Of a stretch of DNA of 64,000 bases, positions 12,753 through 23,517 are shown piece by piece (position 1 is the first letter of the stretch; each line of letters begins with the position of its first letter). The position numbers and the translations under genes were made by a program. This stretch comes from Neoechinorhynchus agilis (lineage: Eukaryota > Animalia > Acanthocephala): the NCBI GenBank assembly GCA_051530055.1, contig CM121341.1, positions 17,214,784 through 17,278,783 of the forward strand. The letters are read 5' to 3'. A model generated the notes under the pieces. It was not told the DNA's origin and ran no database searches. It saw only the letters and a program-made list of their open reading frames with translations.

Positions 12753-12988
12753 AAGTGGTTTTAAATCCAAATATCGTTTCATGAGGAAAGATTACCGCAC
12801 AAAAAATAGATTTATAAATTGACTTTTTTGAGGTAGACCATAAGTATCGAATAAACTTCATTTGGAAAAAAAACCCAAAATAGTCCGGAAATTGCTGTTG
12901 TGCCCACGAGAACTAAAGTGAATTTTAATCCAAATATCGTTTCAGGAGGAAAGATTACCTAATCAAACATAGATTTATGAGTTGACTA
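12753..12988. repeat. Two diverged ~70-bp direct repeats about 164 bp apart
   Basis: TTTTAA(A)TCCAAATATCGTTTCA(T/G)GAGGAAAGATTACC...ATAGATTTAT..(A/G)TTGACT occurs twice. Confidence 0.55.
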
Positions 12989-13299
12989 CCGAAAACGAGT
13001 TGTGTTCAGAATACTGCGAATACTTCGACGATTATTAGTGATTTGGTACCATCCTTAAAGTATATACAGCCTGGAGTACTTATTGATTCTAAAATTACTG
13101 GGGAGGAGTATGATATTAAGACTTTGATAAAAGGTGCTGTGAAATCGATTTACCTATAGTACCTTTAAGTTTGAACAAAAGATCGAAGAAACATCTGAAC
13201 GAGTAAGAACAAGAGCAAAAGGAGAAACAAATAACTATAAAGATATAAGGTTGACATCAACACCATCAAAATTAATCCTCCGATTCATTTCTGTAATGA

Positions 13300-14680
13300 T
13301 ACACCATCCCTCGCCGATCTGAACTCGACGCATCGTAAGATGCACTCCTTTCTCATAGATATAGATCGAATCGTCTTTATCCATGGCATACCTGAATCTC
13401 TTGTTGCAGACCCTTTCGCCGCTGCCAAAATATTTTTCTTATCACTCAACTCCTTTTCTCCGGCTTGCATTCTGCATTTCCCCCTTCAAAAATCACTCTA
13501 ACCCGCGCCCACGTTTTTTTAAAAGTAACCTTCAGGTTATTACTCATTGCCATTCTCTTCTTTAACAGGAGATACAGACTCCTTACTTCACTACTTTCTT
13601 TTCGAATCTACCTACATAAACACTAATCATCGCATGTGTTCACCGCCCCTTCAAACCCAACTCAGACCTCTTCTTCCAAGTATAATCCTTCACTTTTAGC
13701 GAACACCCCAGAACATCTTACACATCCCAGAATATCAAAGAGTAAGCGACTCATCAAACTTCTTTGACTACGTGCAAATCCACTGGCGCCCGAAAAACCA
13801 TCAAGGACAATCATCCTGTCGTTCCACATTATACAAGGTCTCTCTCCCAAAACCAGTAAAAAATTATAACTCAATTCTTCGACGAACAATGCAGCCACAA
13901 TCTCCCCCACTTTCGCCTCCGGTTTGCCGAAATCAAAAATTTCTTTCAACCTTAATTATGATGGTGAACTGAAGGAAAAAATTATGAATATATTAATCAG
14001 AATTTTCGACCAATGCGTTGGTCTTCTTCATGATGGTGAACTGAAGGAAAAAATTATGAATATATTAATTAGAATTTTCGACCAATGCGTTGGTCTTCGT
14101 CAGTGATCTGAAACACACATGCAATTAGTCTGGACGAGTCATGTGCCCTTCAAAATTCTGGGTCACCAATTTTAATCAAATCTGAAATGGGACTCGCACA
14201 TTATTCTTTCCATCAAACGCAATACTTTTAAAATTTATCTCTTCGCCCGATCTCTCCAAATTTTATTACAGCATTATTTTACCCTCCTTCACTTTCGGAT
14301 ATCCCGTCTTTTGCAACCTTTTCAAATCACAAATCCATCGCCTTGAAATGTTTCGCGGAGAAGAGCTTCTAAAATTTGCGCAGTTAGTTTCCCCCGTTCG
14401 TCAAATGCATAAGATTTTCATCAAACAATCAAAACGCCTCTCAAACCTACCGCCAATTTTTTTATCATATTTCATCCTCCTTCGACCTCCCTATACCTAC
14501 GCTCCTTTTTCCATGCTTCCCAATCTTCTCGGATGTCATTACCTGAAATAAACCTGAGACAAGACCAACCTCACAAACTCTCATGCAAACAATAACCACC
14601 AACTTTCCCATCCAAAAGGACATCCCCTGACCGTATATTCCCACCCGACCGAACCCGTAATCCACTCCAAAATCAACCTT
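13300..14680 (+). mobile_element. Degenerate CR1/L2-like non-LTR retrotransposon remnant
   Basis: Broken frames give FKILGHQF*SNLKWDSHI and RRRASKIC, resembling the LGxxFxxNLxWxxHI and QRRATK thumb motifs. Part of it is repeated at 19895-20140. Confidence 0.5.
13958..14108 (-). ncRNA. Tandem 72-bp repeat carrying two minimal type I hammerhead motifs
   Basis: Minus strand: ATCA-CTGACGA-A-GACC-aacgcatt-GGTC-GAAA-ATT-C (14067-14108). The second copy (13995-14036) lacks C3 but has the TGAT stem I partner. Confidence 0.65.
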
Positions 14681-14989
14681 CATTGAACAAATCAGAAATA
14701 GAGTCCTATTCCATTTGGATTAACAAATAAACGTGTTATTATTATCTAAATTATAAAAATATCTCATAAATCTGCTCCTGGCGGTCGGATACATTAAGAC
14801 GTTCCCCTAAATCCACTCAGAAGCGTCGACTTTCATTTCGAGAGTATAATAAATCTTCGTTTGCTTGTGTTGATCATTAATTCGTATAAATTAAGATTCT
14901 CTCAAAAATGCGCGACAGCGTTGATTTCTTTCATTTGTCTCTCTCATAACTTCGGTTCTTAGACTACATCAACCAAAGTGCAGAAATTG

Positions 14990-17433
14990 ATGACACCGAA
15001 CAAACAATTGCCACATCGTCCTGGACCGTTCAAGCAAGTCAATAAGCCACATAAGTCCACGAAAACTCTCCGTGGGAGAAGAAAAAGTCACTGTAGTGTA
15101 AAAATTGGCAGCAAACCGAAATTGACAACCCCCAAAAGTTCATCCAAATCCGCTCGTTTAAACAAGCAGAAACAAGCTCGTCAACTACGATTGAAGCACG
15201 AATCTGGCTCAAAGGCGTTCAAACGGCTTTTTAATTTAATCATTACGGTCGTTCCGATAACTCCAAATGCGAGTCTTCAGCATCTTTTTCCTTCCGAATC
15301 GGTAATCCAATCGAATGAAAAAATGACGGTTATTTCGAGTGCAAATAATCGTTCGATTCAATTCAATCATCCGGCGGTTTCATTGAGTGATCTGCGTGGT
15401 ATTGATTGTGTTCTTGACACAATCAACGTATCGGATGTTTTTCTCCTTCTAGTTAATACGGATTCACTTCAGGATTTCGATTTGGACAGCTCGCCTCTGG
15501 TACACGCCATTTGTTGCCATTCGATGTCACTTAAGCCTTTGATCTGTCTTTTAAATCCACCATCAAGTGTTCATGAGTTTAAACGATATATCCGTTCATT
15601 GAAGTGCGGATTAACACTTAATCAAAAACCCGTCGTGATTAATTCCAGTGATGACCTTGAACGACTGTTTTTTGTTTTGTCGCAAAGAAAAATGCCTATA
15701 CCCGGATGGAGACAAGTTAGGAATTACGTAGCTCCCGATCGTGTACAAGTGGATAACAACCTTCTTGTTATTGAAGGGAAAGTGAGGGGAAGTGGATTCT
15801 TGACGCCAAATGGAATATTTCATATAACTGAAGGTGTCGGACTTTGTAGTCTTGTGAAAGTCGAAGTTTCAAACAGTTCAGGAGGGTTCCATGAAGTAGC
15901 TTTTGAAAAATCACAGATCTCAATAGAATATCCAACAAATCTTCTGGACACTCGTAGGTATGAATATTTGGAACGAGATGAAAGCGAGATTGCTAATGAA
16001 ACAAAGATTACTGTTCCCGAAGGAACATCCGCTTATCAAGCTGCTTGGCTACAATACGCCGATGATGATAATGGAGGCAACAACGAATCTGAACATGAGT
16101 TTGGTAATTCTATAGAGGTGGATAATAGCGACGATGAAGTGGATAAAGGTACTCTTTGAAGCTCTGTTGATTTGTTCTCCCCGCCCAATTGTACAGTAGG
16201 TATAATAAGCCTTTGCACTGGATATAAATACATTTACTAGCGGAATTAGCGTGATTTTTACGTCCTAATGCCCAACACTCCTAATATATTTTTAAAAATA
16301 CTATTCATTTTAAACACCCTTTAACGTCAATTTTTATAAAATCTTAGAATAAACGTACACTTTAAAAAGAGCCGAATTTCCGTTAAGCAAAGTGTTTGAC
16401 TTAAATGCTGGGGATTATGAAGAAAATTACTATTATTTCCCTCCTAAAAACTTACAGTACTTGAAAAAACATTATTTTTCAAATCTCTTGAAAATAAAGT
16501 TCAAAGAGAAGTCTTTACATCGAAGCGATTAGCGAATGTTCCACTGACGAATACGACAAAGAAATAAGCAACGTGAGACATGGAGGATTTATTGGTCTGT
16601 CAAAGATCAGCGATTTTCAAACAGTAATGGATCAAAACTGCTATCCTCCATTGTACTCAGATTACATATTCCAACTCGATAATTATCGACATGGAGTTAA
16701 TCACTTTCGAAACGAAGCTCTTCGTAAAGCCAACGAAGGTATTCCGGCAGGTATTCAAGTTCGCCTTTACTTAACCAAAATCGGAACTCCATTTGGTCAT
16801 ATATCTGTTGAATCGCCATGCGTGATTTCCCTTTTTCCCCACGAAGAGAAACTAGGAGTATGCAACTATTTGCTAAGTCGAAATTCAAGAGATGACAATG
16901 AGGTAATTGAATCCGGCGATCCACTTCTCTTCTATTCTGGATTTCGAAAGTTTGAAACGCGCCCGATCTTCTCTGAGTCATCAACTTATGGAACTGTTCA
17001 TCGACATGTAAAGTTTCTAGGAAACGGAGCTACCGTTGTTGCAAGTGCAGTTGCTCCAATAACCTTCGGACCTTGCCCTACTCTCGTTTTCTCAGTTCGA
17101 ACTGGAAACCTGGTTGCATCAGGAAATCTAATGAACGTTGATGCGGGCAGAGTAGTTGTCGAACATATAGTTGTTTCCGGTCGACCTCGGCGTATTAATC
17201 AAACAAGAGCTGTCGTAAAGGGCATGTTTTATAACCCCGAAGATGTTCTCCATTTCAAACAATATCCATTAAAAACAAAATTTGGAAGAACGGGCGAAAT
17301 CTTGGATTGCTTAGGCACTCAAGGACTCATGAAGTGTAAATTCAACAAACCATTAAAATCAAACGACGTCGTACGAATGCATTTATATCGACGAATATTT
17401 CCAAATGGATACAGCTTTTGCGAACGAAATTAG
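14990..17433 (+). CDS. TSR1: Pre-rRNA-processing protein TSR1 (two exons)
   Basis: N-terminal HRPGPFKQVNKPHK, SAYQAAWL, and C-terminal LFPHEEK, FYSGFRKF, MFYNPEDVLHFK, GTQGLMKCKFNKPLKSNDVVRMHLYRRIFP. Probable GT-AG intron about 16150-16525. Confidence 0.9.
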
Positions 17434-18138
17434 GTTTCTCGAAGAACTTTGTTTAATTGAATATGACGTTGCCATCAAACATTTCTTCATTCAAGGTTTT
17501 AGTTTCTTGGCTGAGAAAAGTATACGCTACTTGCGACCTGAATTTCAAATGCTTTTGGTACTTCTCTGTAGCACTTTGAAACGAAAACTTCTTTTGTTCA
17601 TTTGCATTGCATATTTTTAGCTTGGTAATTGAGAGGTACTTCCTTGCAATCGTCACGGCCATTGGCCACAAAATCACGTTTATTTTTAGGCGATTTAACC
17701 TACTTGCGTGATTTGGATTACAAAATAACTTTCTCGCAATTATCTAAACACATTTAGATATTTTATATCTAAAAACTTCATTCAATTGTTCGAAATTTCA
17801 GTGATTTGTATTATCCTCATCAACTATCCTTTACTTTGTGCGACTGCGAGACATTATTGAACTCTTTTTTTACATTCAGTCGAAATACTAATCTTGCGTA
17901 AGACTTCGATCTAGATATTTAGTCGATTATGTTTTTATCTGTATTAGTCGGAAATAAAGCGCGAAATCCCAAGTCTGTTAAATTTAGGATCTCTAAAATT
18001 CCTTCCGAGAACGAAACATTCTCTCCCAACACAATAGCCCAACTTTTAAAAAAGTCATCGACCTTTAACCTCTTTCATTATGTACTTATTCGGCAAAACT
18101 GCTCAGCATAATTTTTCACAAAGGTCTTCGTTAAAACA

Positions 18139-18828
18139 ATGTTCAAAGTACAACCGCATCCCAACGGCACGCATACAACAGTTATTAATTTCGTTAAGGT
18201 CGAATCGATCGGTCGTGCAATACTCAGTTTGGTTCACTTTATTGGAGCTATCCTTTTTGTCGTTGGATTGGTTCGCAATGATTTTAAAGTGAATCCAAAA
18301 AATGTGGAATTTTCCGGGTTATTTAGACAATGCATCGGTGATGAATGCTTTAGGGAATTCAAGCCGAATTACATACGACTTACCGAAAGATTGTTTGCAA
18401 CGTGGGCTGCTCTGGCTGTGATTGGCCAGATTTATATTATATTAACCGCTTTCACGAGTATTCGAACAAAAAAGCATTTTCTCTCAGCAAATACAATGGA
18501 TGTTCTGTTGGCCATTTTAATACCCATATTCTCACTTGCCACTTTTTGGAATTTATTATTAAATTCAACATATTGTGGTAAACACGGAAACGCGTTTTAT
18601 ATGGCTTACTTCGGCACTTTCACACTTCTTTTCGTATATATATCTATTGTATTCATGACGGCTCATAGAAAACTCATGGATGAAATAATCGCTTACAGTG
18701 CAAAAAAATACGAACAAATGATGTTCAATAGTCAGCCCATTGCATGGTCATCATTGAGTTCACCACAAGGAATACCACCGAGATTAATGCTCAACGACGC
18801 ATCCTTTTCGTCTATTGGATCGCAATAG
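18139..18828 (+). CDS. Claudin/PMP22/EMP-superfamily four-TM protein
   Basis: 229-aa intronless ORF with four hydrophobic segments, a GLFRQC-x4-C first-loop motif and G.AFY.A before TM4. Confidence 0.65.
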   Translation: MFKVQPHPNGTHTTVINFVKVESIGRAILSLVHFIGAILFVVGLVRNDFKVNPKNVEFSGLFRQCIGDECFREFKPNYIRLTERLFATWAALAVIGQIYIILTAFTSIRTKKHFLSANTMDVLLAILIPIFSLATFWNLLLNSTYCGKHGNAFYMAYFGTFTLLFVYISIVFMTAHRKLMDEIIAYSAKKYEQMMFNSQPIAWSSLSSPQGIPPRLMLNDASFSSIGSQ

Positions 18829-19894
18829 TCTTTAATAAATTTCGTTATATACCAGCGTGAAGATTTGTGTATTTTTCATAATATTCATAATAGTAAAGAC
18901 GAACCAATGATCTTTTCAGTGATGTCTCTTTTGTGCTTTTAAGCGATATTAACATACGGATATTGATAACGGATTTCTTATTGCTTTTAAATGTGTACGG
19001 GGATAATTTCATAAACTCGATATCTTTAAACAATTTTTTCAAATGAAAAACTTCAAAATAGTCACAAATAGATTGCAGTATGTTCAGATTTATCATTAAT
19101 GATTTGCATTTTGTTCAAAATTAGAGATTAGATAAAAAAAATTATTCGCGGGCTTTTGAGGCACTAAAAATTGTGGTCTATGCCATTACTTCTTTTGCTT
19201 CTCCAAATCATTTTCTCGCGCTGTCTTTTGACTTTTAAACAAAAGTGTTCAGACTTGAAAAATTAGCACATTAGAGTGACGTTTAACCAATCAATAGTGA
19301 TTGCTTTAGGGTTTATAAATTTCATAGTATGACTCCGATAACAAGCAGCTGACTGTTCAATACTTAATTAAATTCTATCATTCGATATGCAAAATGACAA
19401 AAGTACTTAACGTGTTCATGAAAGTGCGTAATGCTTCGACAAAAAGGAATAGTTTATTTGAACAATATTGTGCCGTGGTTGCCAAGCGATGAAGCTTCTT
19501 AGATTTATGCGATTCTCATGATTAGGAGACAATCTTTTTACCTGAAAATATAATTCGGTTTGTACTGTAAATAAAGACTTTTTGATGATTGTAAAATTAA
19601 ATCCATAATTTTACTTATTTTAAAGTACTGAATTCGGTAAATCTAACATTTATTTTTGTGTGCGTATCCCAATTTAACGAACAGCTTCTTTTTTTGCGAT
19701 AGTGGATCGAAATAAACCAAATACAGTTTAAATTTTAAAGAGAATTCGCCAAATATTTAGTCGTTGCCAGTGTACATAATGGCTTTGTTGTTAACATCTT
19801 AGACTAGTGCCGGTGACTCGGAATTAAAAATAGCAAGTCGCATTTCCTCTCGCTCTCCCGCAACCCCATATCTTACCCCGAACTTCCAAATGAC

Positions 19895-20140
19895 AGCCTA
19901 CGAGTCATCTCCCACTCAGAAACCTGAGTCGCCAATTCCAATCAAATCTGAAACGAGACTCCTTCGACCTCCCTATACCTACGCTCCTTTTTCCATGCTT
20001 CCCAATCTTCTCGGACGTCATTACCTGAAATAAACCTGAGACAAGACCAACCTCACAAACTCTCATGCAAACAATAACCACCAACTTTCCCATCCAAAAG
20101 GACATCCTCCGACCGAATTCGTAATCTACTCCGAAATCAA
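19895..20140 (+). repeat. Internally deleted second copy of the 14133-14680 LINE remnant
   Basis: About 180 bp nearly identical to 14478-14680 (CTTCGACCTCCCTATACCTACGCTCC...), preceded by a diverged match to 14133-14195. Confidence 0.75.
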
Positions 20141-20866
20141 TTGCCAGATTCATTTATCCAATTAGAACTCGAGTGTTTATGACAATTCAAAGGTACATGG
20201 GCACTTTCATTTAAAAAAACGGAATTTCGACTTTTTCTGAATCCCAACACCCCGCTTTCCCGCGGTAGCAACTGGGAAACGCTAAAATAGGGGACTAAAT
20301 AGCAGAGCTATGCCTGTTGCTAGATCGTGGACTCTTCGCCGTTACGATTTCAGGACAGTTTTGTTAGGAGTCCTCAGCCGTGATCCATAATTAGAGGAGG
20401 ATGCGCGTAGGCTAACTCCGGTGACCGCAGCAACCGTCATTCCTTACCGTCGTCTCAACTTCTAGTTTTTCCAATGGACCATGTCGATTTTCGAATACGT
20501 AATCGAACATTGGTAACATGCGAGCAGATCTCGGTAATACGCGTGTTAGAGAACGTTCCGAGCCCAAATTGGATTGCTTTCCCATTCAAGAACACATGGA
20601 TGACGACATTGAGGAATCCTCGAATTCGAGGAGGTCAACGACGACGGCGGGGTTGTTAGGCTTGAACAAAAGCTTCATATTCGTTTCCCGTCGCTTAAAA
20701 ATACATCACGCAAACTGCCTAATAAATCTTTAAGGTGTAAATCGTCAAAAGTCGTATATCAACCACCAAACAGTTGTTCGAAGCGCACACTTAAGAAAAA
20801 CATACCTTGAAAACGAGTCTCTCGTTTTATAGAGAACTAAGTTGCCCGTCGACTTTTAGCCACAAG

Positions 20867-21344
20867 ATGCAGATATATTTTATTTTGGCATTGGTAGCAT
20901 TATACGTCCGGTGTTCAGGACCAAGTGTAACCCACATTCGGAGCTTAAAGGAATGGCTTAGTGATATAATTGATTCTGAAGATATCAATATCGACGAAGA
21001 AGCACGTAAAGTATGGAAACTTTACAAACTTGCATACGGTGATTTAAATGGAATTTTTATGTCCGTTTGGACCTTTTTTTCTATAGACAAACAATACGAC
21101 GCTCTAGAGGACAGTATGCGATATTGGATTTTTAGAAATAATTTGAACCAAATTGTTCGACACAATAGATTAGCAAAGAATCCAAGTAACGGAATTTCTT
21201 ACACTATGGGACTAAACCAGTTCACTGATATGGTAAGGCAAAAGTCGTTTAATCACGAGAAGAAATTTTTTATTTTAGAGGCAAGACGAAATACAAGCCC
21301 AAATGGGATTATTGAGATATCCAACGGAGGAAGTATACCATTAA
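20867..21344 (+). CDS. Secreted cathepsin propeptide inhibitor (I29 domain only), about 127 aa, three exons
   Basis: Hydrophobic signal peptide; ERFNIN motif EDSMRYWIFRNNLNQIVRHN; GLNQFTDM. GT-AG introns 21039-21086 and 21233-21278, stop at 21342-21344. No C1A peptidase domain before the convergent RPS10. Confidence 0.8.
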
Positions 21345-21891
21345 ATCTATTCTGAAATAAAATCATCTTGCGTTAGTGGGTGCTTTTAAAAATGTTTTTT
21401 GTGTCCAGCAAATCATTTGACCATTAAATAGTTCAATTCAAAAAAACTATATTCTAGACTACTTCTTTTTGAACTCTGAAATTTTCGTTGAAAAAAAGCA
21501 CGCAATCAAAAAAACAGAATCTAAAATTGCGCTTCATTTAAGCTGGAGCAAAAGACAAATTGTCAATTTTCTTAGTTTTACCGTCTCGGATTTAAATCTT
21601 TACTAATTTATTTCCCAGATATTTCATTCCACGGATAATTGCGACATTTTCCCATCTAAAACACAAACATTATATCGTTATCCTGTGGACTAGATATTAT
21701 CGGGTGGTGAAGATAAAAATCCGTGGTAGCAAAATCCCCTCAAACGATAATAATTCAAAACACCAAATTGTTAAATTAAAGCTCAAATAAAGCCAATAAT
21801 AGATGAGAAATTAGCATGAATTATTCGAGACCTCCACATTCCAATATGCCGGCTTAAAGACAAAAGAGAACTTAATTTTTGTTTATCGTCT

Positions 21892-22332
21892 TCATTTCCG
21901 CCACGATCCAGTCCCAGTGGGAGCACTCGATTCGTACTTTGAAGCAAATTGAATATCATGTCTCCCTGGCCCTTCATCTTTTCCATAGTCACCACGAGGA
22001 GGTCCTGTCCTGAATGCACCTCGCTGAGCACCACCACTATCTGGTGCCGTGACTTTCTTCAAAGTCTCAGGAACAATCAAAGGACTAAGATGAAGCTGCT
22101 GCCTAAGATACGTAATCCCTTCGTCCTTCAAGTACCAATAATAATGCTGCCAAGCAAACGTTTCCCGGACGTATCCTCGGGACACAAGCGATTGCATCAC
22201 TTTGATGACGTGTATGTTCGGCAGACCCAAGGTTTCGTGAGCATCAAAGCTAAGGTCCTTACGAGCAACCATAACACCATCGCTGAACAAATGCTTTTGA
22301 ATAAGTTGAATGTGGGATTTGGGCATCAACAT
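21892..22332 (-). CDS. RPS10: 40S ribosomal protein eS10
   Basis: MLMPK...GVMVARKD...PNIHVIKVMQSLVSRGYVRETFAWQHYYWYL..EGI.YLR..LHL.P.IVP.TL; intronless. Confidence 0.97.
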   Translation of the reverse strand: MLMPKSHIQLIQKHLFSDGVMVARKDLSFDAHETLGLPNIHVIKVMQSLVSRGYVRETFAWQHYYWYLKDEGITYLRQQLHLSPLIVPETLKKVTAPDSGGAQRGAFRTGPPRGDYGKDEGPGRHDIQFASKYESSAPTGTGSWRK

Positions 22333-22472
22333 TGCGGATTTTTAATAGAACGATCTGCTCACCGAATAACATGGGGTAATGTGTAGAACGTCTGCAGCGA
22401 TGTTCTTTCGTGTTTTTGTATGACGTCATAATAGCGTGATCATGTAAAAAAGAGGATTTTCACAATTTGGGT

Positions 22473-22596
22473 GTTTTCCGTTTGAAGAAAGATTAAAATG
22501 ATTTTATTTTAAAATCCGATTGATTTCGCTCTCACAATCTTGTACGCGTTTCGGATTTAAAATAAAATCATTTTAATCTTTCTTCAGACGGAAAAC
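22473..22596. repeat. ~46-bp inverted repeat containing a degenerate hammerhead motif
   Basis: Arms 22473-22519 and 22551-22596. Minus strand reads CTGAAGA-A-AGATT...AATCC-GAAA-CGCGT. Confidence 0.6.
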
Positions 22597-22634
22597 AACC
22601 AATATGAACAGCTCAATCTTCAAACAAAATTTCC

Positions 22635-22756
22635 ATCTTTTAATCATACCGAGAGAAAATCCATCGGGATAGTAAATTTTGACTTGTGTTGAATATAATC
22701 CCGGTTAAAAATCATTTTATTGTACTGAAATATTTCGAAGGAGGAGACCTCGCCCT
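22635..22756 (+). repeat. Dispersed AT-rich repeat, copy 1
   Basis: ATAATCCCGGTTAAAAATCATTTTATTGTACTGAAATATTTCGAAGGAGGAGACCTCGCC has diverged copies at about 28545-28630 (minus) and 37205-37395 (both orientations). Confidence 0.7.
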
Positions 22757-22928
22757 ATCAATCATCTAAAAATGTTTTTGGTTATGGTTTTTTCTATATC
22801 TGGTCTAATATCCTCGGGTTGACAGGTTCGCTATTCCAACGAGGGTCGCAGACCCTGTTCCCCTGCTCGCAAACCCTGCACTATATCGTGTGTCCTATTG
22901 ATTTTTACTACGTCACTGGCAGGTAGTT

Positions 22929-23515
22929 TTACGCTGAAATTCGCTTTATTGCCTTCCATTGTATTGGCCGCAGAGATGTATGTAAGGCCTCCAGGAAAAG
23001 GTGCCTTCCAAGATTTGGCTCCTTCTCTATAAATTCCGTGCCCTCAAAATCTGTGCGATGTTGTATAGTCTCCTGGTGGTTTGAAATGGTGAATGAATGA
23101 TCAACACGTCGACAGGTCTGTTTTTGTTGGCTGACTCTCTTCGGAATGCCCTGTATTGTTTGGCCGATGTATACCTTGTCACATTGATTGCACTGTATTT
23201 TTTTACACCCTGCAACGAGTCGGATCATTGTGCACCTTCCTCTTGAACGTGTTAGCGACGGTTATACCTTTCTTATTGTACACTCAAACTCCAACCACCG
23301 TCCTCATAATCGAATTGATCATTTGGTTTGTTGCATCGCCAAAACAAATTCAACTTTTTCGAATTTCACGGACTCTGGGAGCGGTTTTTGTTCTGTGTTA
23401 AGTGATTGCTCCTCTTAATATCGTAGTCAATTATCCATTTGGGGTATCGTCTTATTCGCAATTTCCTCACGATACTATCCCTTTTCTCGCAACTCGAGTG
23501 GACGATTGTGATGGC
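22929..23515 (-). mobile_element. Penelope-like element, 3' part (linker plus GIY-YIG endonuclease), degenerate
   Basis: KIQCNQCDKVYIGQT..RVSQQK..NHQ..QH.TDF...LEALH, and KLRIRRYPKWII. Continues the RT fragment at 28177-28530 across the gypsy insertion. Confidence 0.8.
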
Positions 23516-23517
23516 CC

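Noticed and set aside
13958-14102. Tandem repeat as a CRISPR-like array
   Set aside because: Only two contiguous units, no spacers, eukaryotic context; better explained as a hammerhead dimer.
21949-22386. 145-aa plus-strand ORF
   Set aside because: Antisense shadow of RPS10; the same applies to shadows of the IF, SUV3, EIF2S3 and gypsy ORFs.
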